Below are positions 1 through 5,994 of a stretch of 58,579 nucleotides of DNA, one piece after another. The notes beneath the pieces were generated by a model. It worked only from the letters and a program-made list of their open reading frames with translations. It searched no databases and was not told the origin of the DNA. A program made the translations under genes and the position numbers. The stretch comes from Patescibacteria group bacterium (GTDB lineage: Bacteria > Patescibacteriota > Patescibacteriia > 2-12-FULL-57-11): positions 1-58,579 of the forward strand of contig SCSU01000061.1 of assembly GCA_004299275.1 (NCBI GenBank), written 5' to 3'. How positions within the stretch are numbered: the stretch's first letter is position 1; each line of letters starts with the position of its first letter.

Positions 1-251
1 TAAATGCAGGAGATAAAAATTCACTCAAGCGGAAACATCCGGCAACATTCCCTGACAAAATACCAACGGATTTCATCCAGTGTTTCTGCCCGCCAAAAGG
101 AGTGGTTCTGGATCCATTCATCGGCTGTGGATCAACAGCGGTTGCCGCAAAACAATTAGGCCGAAATTATATCGGTATTGATATCTCGAAAGAGTACTGC
201 AAACTAGCAGAGGAAAGAATCAAAACAATTGGAGATCCTCTGTTTGGGTGA
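1..251 (+). CDS. Site-specific DNA methyltransferase (N4-C/N6-A, beta-class-like), C-terminal part only
   Basis: Frame from nt 3 reads ...KRKHPATFPDKIPTDFIQCFCPPKGVVLDPFIGCGSTAVAAKQLGRNYIGIDISKEYCKLAEERI...*. HPxxFP and the VLDPFxGxGST SAM-binding motif are typical of N6_N4_Mtase. Not in the ORF track because it is 5'-truncated. Confidence 0.9.
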   Translation, partial: NAGDKNSLKRKHPATFPDKIPTDFIQCFCPPKGVVLDPFIGCGSTAVAAKQLGRNYIGIDISKEYCKLAEERIKTIGDPLFG

Positions 252-259
252 TATTGAAG

Positions 260-1312
260 TTATTCAATCGTATATTCGATCCTGTTGCTCGCTGTCATCG
301 CTAGTGAAAATGGATTTCTATCAAATAATGCCTTGTAGGTTTGATTATTAAGCCGCATTCTTGCGGTTCTTGATTCGCCCGATAGCATACCCTTTTGGAG
401 TATTTTTAGATTAAAATTTTTCCAGTTCCATTGGCCGTCCAAATATTGCCATCCCATCATTCTCGCAAGTTCTCGAATGAATCCCTGTACTCTCTGGGCT
501 TCCGTTGAATGAAGGTCAAAATTGGAACCATTCCGGACTAGGTTGATCTGTGTGTTTTGGCCACTTGTTATTTTAATCTTATGGCCAGTTCTTTTGTTAT
601 TACCACCTTGTACAAAGTTTGTGCCATCAAAATAACCTGATGCGTTAAATCTATCTCGCATTGCAAAAAATCGCTCGAGATATTGCATTATTTGATAGAA
701 ATTTAAATCATTTTTACACAAAAATTTATTGAGAATATGGCCATCTTGATTGATCTTGAGATAATTAATCCAATCAAGGCAATTTTCTGGATATCCAAAA
801 AGGTTGTTGCCTACACCGTCGGCAAAAAGTAGTGGGCTTACTGCTGTATCGGGAAGATCGTTAATTATTCCACTTTCCTGCAAAATACCCAATAGCAGAT
901 GAATGGTTCCGAAAGGATACTTGCGTTGAAAGGCGGTTTTTCCATCAAAACCCCTCAATATATTTGGCTGAATGCACTCATCGAAGTTGCGATTATTAAC
1001 AACGAGATTGCGGTTATACTCAACGAGATGATTGCCCATGCTCCCTATGTCACGCCGGTTAATTTCGATATCTAAAAAAATACAATTTCTAAAATTTACA
1101 CCATCCTTGGAAATTAAAATTTTTCCGTCATAAAAACCAACTACTTCTCCATCAAGAAAGTTTGTAACTAACAATCCGCAGAGGAAACCGTCGCTATCCG
1201 GACTTAAAATATATTGTCGGCCTCGCTCGACAACCCATGGACGCCGTTCGATTAAATTTTCGTAATCAATCGGGCCACCGTTGTGTTGTGTTGTTCGTCG
1301 TTTTGTTGTCAT
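260..1312 (-). CDS. Hypothetical protein with DHH-phosphoesterase-like motifs, convergent with the methyltransferase
   Basis: 350-aa AT-rich ORF; motifs YILSPDSDGFLC, IFLD, GNH and LFADG resemble DHH motifs I-IV. Confidence 0.6.
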   Translation of the reverse strand: MTTKRRTTQHNGGPIDYENLIERRPWVVERGRQYILSPDSDGFLCGLLVTNFLDGEVVGFYDGKILISKDGVNFRNCIFLDIEINRRDIGSMGNHLVEYNRNLVVNNRNFDECIQPNILRGFDGKTAFQRKYPFGTIHLLLGILQESGIINDLPDTAVSPLLFADGVGNNLFGYPENCLDWINYLKINQDGHILNKFLCKNDLNFYQIMQYLERFFAMRDRFNASGYFDGTNFVQGGNNKRTGHKIKITSGQNTQINLVRNGSNFDLHSTEAQRVQGFIRELARMMGWQYLDGQWNWKNFNLKILQKGMLSGESRTARMRLNNQTYKALFDRNPFSLAMTASNRIEYTIE

Positions 1313-1314
1313 AA

Positions 1315-1785
1315 TTATCTATACTTGAACTCAACGTTCTTAATCTCGTGTTCATTTCCAAATTGGTCAAGTATAACCACATCAGCTTTAAAGGACTCGC
1401 CCTCTTTATGAAGCGGAGGTTGAATCCAAAAATCAAGCATTAACTGTGTCGTCTTTCTGGGGAGTATTGGATATCTACCAAAAACATTTGAGTTTGGGTG
1501 CTTTATTAGTGGCATAACTGTTTCGGTTTTTGGTTTTCTAATAAATCCGTTCGTGACGACTACTTGTTCCGTTGTTATGTTTGTTGCATACCATTGACTT
1601 ACCACTTGCATCGCTGGCTTATCTTTACTCAATCCCATATGCCACCAAGCTCCCAGTGACTGTAATACCATCTTTAAAGTTTGATTGGGAATGCTGGAAT
1701 CATTCGTCTTCTTTTCAGGAATCCTATTTAATAGCCATCCGAGAAACTTACTCAATAAATCAAAGATGGGAGTGTAGTCAATCAT
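1315..1785 (-). CDS. Hypothetical protein
   Basis: 156-aa AT-rich ORF ending 2 nt before the start of the 350-aa ORF (operon-like). Confidence 0.7.
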   Translation of the reverse strand: MIDYTPIFDLLSKFLGWLLNRIPEKKTNDSSIPNQTLKMVLQSLGAWWHMGLSKDKPAMQVVSQWYATNITTEQVVVTNGFIRKPKTETVMPLIKHPNSNVFGRYPILPRKTTQLMLDFWIQPPLHKEGESFKADVVILDQFGNEHEIKNVEFKYR

Positions 1786-1851
1786 ATCTTAACATCAACC
1801 ACTTTTGAGGTGTCATTACCTTTCAGGGCTTTGATACCTCAGACTCTAATT

Positions 1852-1870
1852 TGGTGTGTCCGGGAGGATT
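1852..1870 (-). repeat. tRNA 3'-end-like remnant (possible att scar)
   Basis: Minus strand reads AATCCTCCCGGACACACCA: T-arm half, acceptor strand and CCA, at the island border. Confidence 0.45.
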
Positions 1871-1891
1871 TCTCACTCAGCCCCCCCTATT

Positions 1892-1963
1892 TGCACCCGC
1901 CAAGAGTCGAACTTGGATCCCAGGCTTCGGAGGCCTGTATTCTATCCATTGAACTACGGGTGC
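1892..1963 (-). tRNA. tRNA-Arg(CCG)
   Basis: GCACCCGTAGTTCAATGGATAGAATACAGGCCTCCGAAGCCTGGGATCCAAGTTCGACTCTTGGCGGGTGCA; cloverleaf with anticodon CCG. Confidence 0.95.
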
Positions 1964-1988
1964 AAGCAGAAGGTCTGAGTATGTTTGG

Positions 1989-2969
1989 CTACGGGCGCGT
2001 GAATTTTTTTGCAAGCGCGTAGATGGTATACCAAAACGGCCGGAGCGGCAATTCCCAGGAGTCGGGCGCGGTGAAGACCTCGCCGCCAAAGCCGCGCTTA
2101 AAGCGGCTGACGCCCGCGAGCGGATGCTCGGCCGAGTCCTCCGGCGCGATGCCCCAAAAGTCGTAGCTCTGACAGCCGCGGCTTTTTGCCCGGCGCATCG
2201 CCTGCCAATGCAGGAGATACGGCGCCATCACGTTTCGTTTTTTGTCGGACGAGCCGCCGTGGAGATAAGTCGCGGTGCCGCCGAAGAGCAGGAGTATCAT
2301 TCCGGCGAGAGCTTCGCCCTCGTGGTCGGCGAGCATAATCCGGCTTTGGCAAGATGAGCGGTCACTCGGCTCACCCACGAGCGTCTGGAGCATCTTTTGA
2401 TAATAATTTTTGGCGTGGAGCCGGAAGCGGTCGCGTTTGGACGCCGCCTCAAGGAGCGGCCAGAGTTCGGGAAAGAGTTCAGTCCCGCCCTCGCGGACAG
2501 TCACGCCTTTTTTTTCCGCCAGCCGGAGGTTGTAGCGGGTTTTCTCGTGCATGGCGGCGAGCAAAATATCTTCGTTTTTAGTCAGATTAAGAAGAAGCGT
2601 TGTTTGCGGCTGGATGGGCGTAGCCGAACGGGCAGCGGCCGGCCGGAATTCCAGTTTTTTATCCGCCGGGTCAACTCTCATAGCCAGACTGCGCTGTTCC
2701 CGCGCCGCCGCGATGACTTTTTTTAAAAATTCAGTTTTTTGCTCGGCCGTGAGCGTCGGTGAAAAAATCGGCCCGCGGGGGAGATAGGCGTTCTGCTGGC
2801 CCAAGGGCAGAGACCGGAGAATGATTTGCGCCAGCGCTCCCTCGGCCTCGACTCGCGTCACTGCCGTTCCGGCGGCTTTTTGGAATTCCCCCCATTCCCA
2901 GGAATGTAAAAACGAACCCGAACGCGGGCCGTTTTGAGTGACGAAAGAATTCCACGCCTCTCGATCCAT
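1989..2969 (-). CDS. FemABX-family peptidoglycan interpeptide bridge aminoacyltransferase
   Basis: FLHSWEWGEF, YLPRGP, KTRYNLRLAEKKG, YDFWG and FKRGFGG motifs. Confidence 0.9.
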   Translation of the reverse strand: MDREAWNSFVTQNGPRSGSFLHSWEWGEFQKAAGTAVTRVEAEGALAQIILRSLPLGQQNAYLPRGPIFSPTLTAEQKTEFLKKVIAAAREQRSLAMRVDPADKKLEFRPAAARSATPIQPQTTLLLNLTKNEDILLAAMHEKTRYNLRLAEKKGVTVREGGTELFPELWPLLEAASKRDRFRLHAKNYYQKMLQTLVGEPSDRSSCQSRIMLADHEGEALAGMILLLFGGTATYLHGGSSDKKRNVMAPYLLHWQAMRRAKSRGCQSYDFWGIAPEDSAEHPLAGVSRFKRGFGGEVFTAPDSWELPLRPFWYTIYALAKKFTRP

Positions 2970-2976
2970 ATTATTG

Positions 2977-3534
2977 TTATTTTTTCCCTCCCAAGAGCCG
3001 GAGCGCGGCGCGCAGGCGCGCTTCGTCGCCTTTGACTTCCGAGGGGAGCGAGGCGACCGCCTGCGCCGCTTCCTCGCGCCGGTAACCGAGGCCGGCGAGC
3101 GCCTCCACTACGTCGCGGTCCTCCGACCTTTCGGCCTCAGCCAGTTTGCCGCGCAGTTCCAAAATAATTTTTTGCGCGGTTTTTGTTCCCACTCCCGGCA
3201 CCGAGGTCAGCCGGCTGATATCCCCGGCGTCAATCGCCAGCCGGACTTCGCTAGTTGCCCCGATGGACATCACTTGGAGCGCCGTGCGCGGTCCGACGCC
3301 GGAGACGGCAATCAATTTGCGGAATAGTGCCCGCGCCGCCTCGTCGGCAAAGCCGAAGAGCTCATGGCTGTCCTCGCGTGTGACTTCCATGGTGCAGAGC
3401 CGCACCCGTTCGCCGACCGCGAGCTTGACGGCGGTGGGCGCCGTGAGCGCGACTTCGTAGCCAATACCCGCCACTTCAACGATGGCGCGGTTTTCTTCTT
3501 TAGCGGTGATTGTTCCTTCGAGAGTGGCGATCAT
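2977..3534 (-). CDS. ruvA: Holliday junction branch migration protein RuvA
   Basis: MIATLEG start; VAGIGYEV, LFGF, VSGVGPRTA, VPGVGTKTAQKIILEL, ALAGLGY. Confidence 0.97.
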   Translation of the reverse strand: MIATLEGTITAKEENRAIVEVAGIGYEVALTAPTAVKLAVGERVRLCTMEVTREDSHELFGFADEAARALFRKLIAVSGVGPRTALQVMSIGATSEVRLAIDAGDISRLTSVPGVGTKTAQKIILELRGKLAEAERSEDRDVVEALAGLGYRREEAAQAVASLPSEVKGDEARLRAALRLLGGKK

Positions 3535-3542
3535 ACTTTCCC

Positions 3543-3585
3543 AAACCCCTCCCCCTGCGGGGACTCCCTTTAGCAAAGGGAGAAT
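3543..3585 (-). repeat. REP-like double hairpin family (CTCCCTTTGCTAAAGGGAG...CCCC..GGGGGAGGG); other copies at 20679-20732, 37090-37143, 47135-47176
   Basis: Similar ~45-bp copies seen at four intergenic sites. Confidence 0.85.
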
Positions 3586-3601
3586 CAGATTACAGGACTC
3601 A

Positions 3602-5725
3602 CTAATAATTACATACCCCGCCGCGGCAGTCGCCGGCAAATTCCGACTCGGCGGTAACGTGGCGTTCCTGGCCGATGATGTCCAGCGTCCCCAAGGTCAG
3701 CACTTGGTCGGGCTTGGAACCGTAGCGATAAACCGTGATGCCTTTGCACTTGAGCTTCCATGCCAAGAGATAGGCCGCGCGCACGTCGGCAACCGTGGCC
3801 TTGGCCGGCAGATTAATGGTTTTGGAAACCGCGTTGTCCGTATATTTTTGAAAAACCGCTTGCATCCTCAAGTGATTCTCGGGAGAGATCTCGAGCGCAG
3901 TCCGAAAGAGTCGGCGCGCGTCCGCGGGGATGCCCTTGATTCCCGCGAGGTTGCCCTTGGCCGCGATTTCAAACAGCAAGTCCGAGGAATAGAAGCCCCG
4001 TTTTTTAGCGAACTCTTCAAAAAGAGGATTGACCTCGAGGAGCCGCGTGCCCTCCATCACATTGCGGACAAAGGCGACGGCAAAGAGCGGCTCAATCCCC
4101 GAGGAGCAGCCGGCGATAATCGAGATGGTGCCGGTCGGCGCGATGGTGGTTGTCGTCGCGTTCCGAAAAGCGCGGTAGCCGCGATGAGCCCAGAGCGAGC
4201 CCTTAAAGTTGGGGAAGGAACCGCGCGAGCGGCCGAGCTCAGCGCTTGCGCGGGAGCTCACGTCGCGGATGCGCTTTATCAGTTTGGCGCCGAACAGGAG
4301 CGCGCGGCGCGAGTCGTAAGGAATCCCGAGTTTAATTAATGTTTCAGCGAAGCCCATAACACCGAGCCCAATCCGGCGGTTCGCCAGCGTGGCGCGTTCA
4401 ATCTCCGGCAGGGGGTAATTGTTGGCGTCAAGCACGTTGTCCAAAAAGCGCACTGCGGTTTTGACTAAATAGTCGAGTTTGGCCCAGTCAAAACGTCCGT
4501 GGACGTCAAAAATTTTGGAGAGATTGATTGAACCGAGCGTGCAGGACTCCCAAGCGTGTAAAGGTTGCTCGCCGCAGGGATTTGTCGCCTCGATTCGTCC
4601 GAGATGCGCGGTCGGGTTTTTGCGGTCAATTTCGTCGAACCAGACCACGCCCGGGTCGCCGGTGCGCCAGGCCTCGGTTACGATTTGGTCAAAGATGTCG
4701 CGCGCCCCGACCCGCTCGCTGACTTTGCCGGAGCGCGGATTCACCAGCGATATTTTGCCGCGGCGGCTGACCGCCCGCATAAAAGCGTCGCTCGCGCCGA
4801 CCGAGAAGTTAAAATTGGAAAACGCTTTGCCGTCGGCTTTGGCCGTCACAAACTCGCGAATGCTCGGATGGGTGACAGCCAAAATCGCCATGTTGGCGCC
4901 GCGCCGTCGCCCGCCTTGTTTAATCACGTCGGTCGTGGTGTCAAAAAGCCGGATAAAAGAGACCGGCCCCGAGGCAATCCCGCCGGTCGAACGCACGATG
5001 TCGCCGCCCGGCCGGATGGCGGAAAAGGAAAAACCGGTGCCGCCGCCGGACTGGTGGATTTTGGCCGCGGCCTTAAGCCCGTCAAAAATGGAATCCAGCG
5101 AATCCTCAATCGGAATGACAAAACAGGCGGCGAGCTGGCCGGAGGGGAGTCCCGCGTTCATGAGCGTCGGCGAGTTGGGTAGGAACTCGCCGTTGGCCAT
5201 CATCCGGTAGAAAGTTTCCTCGGATTCGTCCACCGTGTCGCGCGCGCCGCCGTAGCGCTGTTCCGACTGGGCCACGGCGCGGGCCACGCGCCGGAAGAGC
5301 TGAGAGGGGGTCTCAATTGTCCGGCCCTCGCCGTCTTTTTTAAGATAGCGTTCGGCGAGGACTTTAATCGCGTTTACGCCGAGCTTGAGGTCGTCGCGGA
5401 CGCCGAAAAATTCCTTGATTCGCCGCGTCTTGGTCCGTTCGGCGCGGTAGAGGATAAAGGCCTTGGCCGCGTCAGCGAGTCCGCGCTCCATCAAGGAGTT
5501 TTCCACCGCGTCAGAGACATCTTCCACCGTCGGAATTTTTCGGCCGTAGGCCTCGGCGACAGTCGTCACCACTTGATTGGCTACGGAGCGCGCGACTTTG
5601 CCGTCTGGCCGGCTGACGGCCAGAATCGCTTTTTCCACGGCGCGGGCGATTTTTTCCTCGGAGAATGGCTCCAGCCGTCCGTCGCGTTTGCGGACGAATT
5701 TGGGGATCGCGTTTATCTTGGGCAT
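3602..5725 (-). CDS. nrdJ: Class II (adenosylcobalamin-dependent) ribonucleotide reductase with N-terminal ATP cone
   Basis: VRKRDG ATP cone; FLPNSPTLMNAG, LAACFV, GGGTG, RRGANM, TNPCGEQ, TIAPTGT, SKTIN, KGITVYR; C-terminal CxxxxC. Confidence 0.93.
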   Translation of the reverse strand: MPKINAIPKFVRKRDGRLEPFSEEKIARAVEKAILAVSRPDGKVARSVANQVVTTVAEAYGRKIPTVEDVSDAVENSLMERGLADAAKAFILYRAERTKTRRIKEFFGVRDDLKLGVNAIKVLAERYLKKDGEGRTIETPSQLFRRVARAVAQSEQRYGGARDTVDESEETFYRMMANGEFLPNSPTLMNAGLPSGQLAACFVIPIEDSLDSIFDGLKAAAKIHQSGGGTGFSFSAIRPGGDIVRSTGGIASGPVSFIRLFDTTTDVIKQGGRRRGANMAILAVTHPSIREFVTAKADGKAFSNFNFSVGASDAFMRAVSRRGKISLVNPRSGKVSERVGARDIFDQIVTEAWRTGDPGVVWFDEIDRKNPTAHLGRIEATNPCGEQPLHAWESCTLGSINLSKIFDVHGRFDWAKLDYLVKTAVRFLDNVLDANNYPLPEIERATLANRRIGLGVMGFAETLIKLGIPYDSRRALLFGAKLIKRIRDVSSRASAELGRSRGSFPNFKGSLWAHRGYRAFRNATTTTIAPTGTISIIAGCSSGIEPLFAVAFVRNVMEGTRLLEVNPLFEEFAKKRGFYSSDLLFEIAAKGNLAGIKGIPADARRLFRTALEISPENHLRMQAVFQKYTDNAVSKTINLPAKATVADVRAAYLLAWKLKCKGITVYRYGSKPDQVLTLGTLDIIGQERHVTAESEFAGDCRGGVCNY

Positions 5726-5877
5726 ACCCGGTGGTAGAACGCCGACTCGAACCCCGCTTAAGCGGGGTTCGACGAGCGAACACTTTTTACGACTATTAGC
5801 TTTTGTTCTGGGCTCTGCTTCATTGCCTTGAAGAAACTTTGCTCTAGGAACGCTGTCGGCGTTTCACCACCGGGCAT
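5723..5877 (-). promoter_or_regulatory. Structured leader whose terminal inverted arms pair the uORF ATG with the nrdJ start
   Basis: ATGCCCGGTGGTGAAACGCCGAC ... GTCGGCGTTCTACCACCGGGTAT(G), plus inner hairpin TCGAACCCCGCTTAAGCGGGGTTCGA. Confidence 0.7.
5758..5877 (-). CDS. 39-aa leader uORF upstream of nrdJ (MPGGETPTAFLEQSFFKAMKQSPEQKLIVVKSVRSSNPA)
   Basis: Ungapped homology to the uORF upstream of valS (22/39 identical, 12 synonymous codon changes); extended -10 TGTTACAAT 8 nt upstream. Confidence 0.7.
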   Translation of the reverse strand: MPGGETPTAFLEQSFFKAMKQSPEQKLIVVKSVRSSNPA

Positions 5878-5942
5878 ACGGGAGTATTGTAACAGATTCG
5901 CCGAAGACTGGTTGGGTTTAAGACGTCAGAGGCAGGGCAAAT

Positions 5943-5990
5943 GCGAACACGAGGTTCGACCTCCTCGGGAGGTCGAACCTCTGGTGAGCA
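5943..5990. repeat. REPIN-like pair GAGGTTCGACCTC/GAGGTCGAACCTC; second copy at 49994-50040
   Basis: Two inverted short palindromes with homologous flanks at both sites. Confidence 0.85.
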
Positions 5991-5994
5991 CAGA

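Noticed and set aside
3602..5725. Intein or intron in nrdJ
   Set aside because: Protein length and motif spacing are continuous; no splicing motifs were seen.
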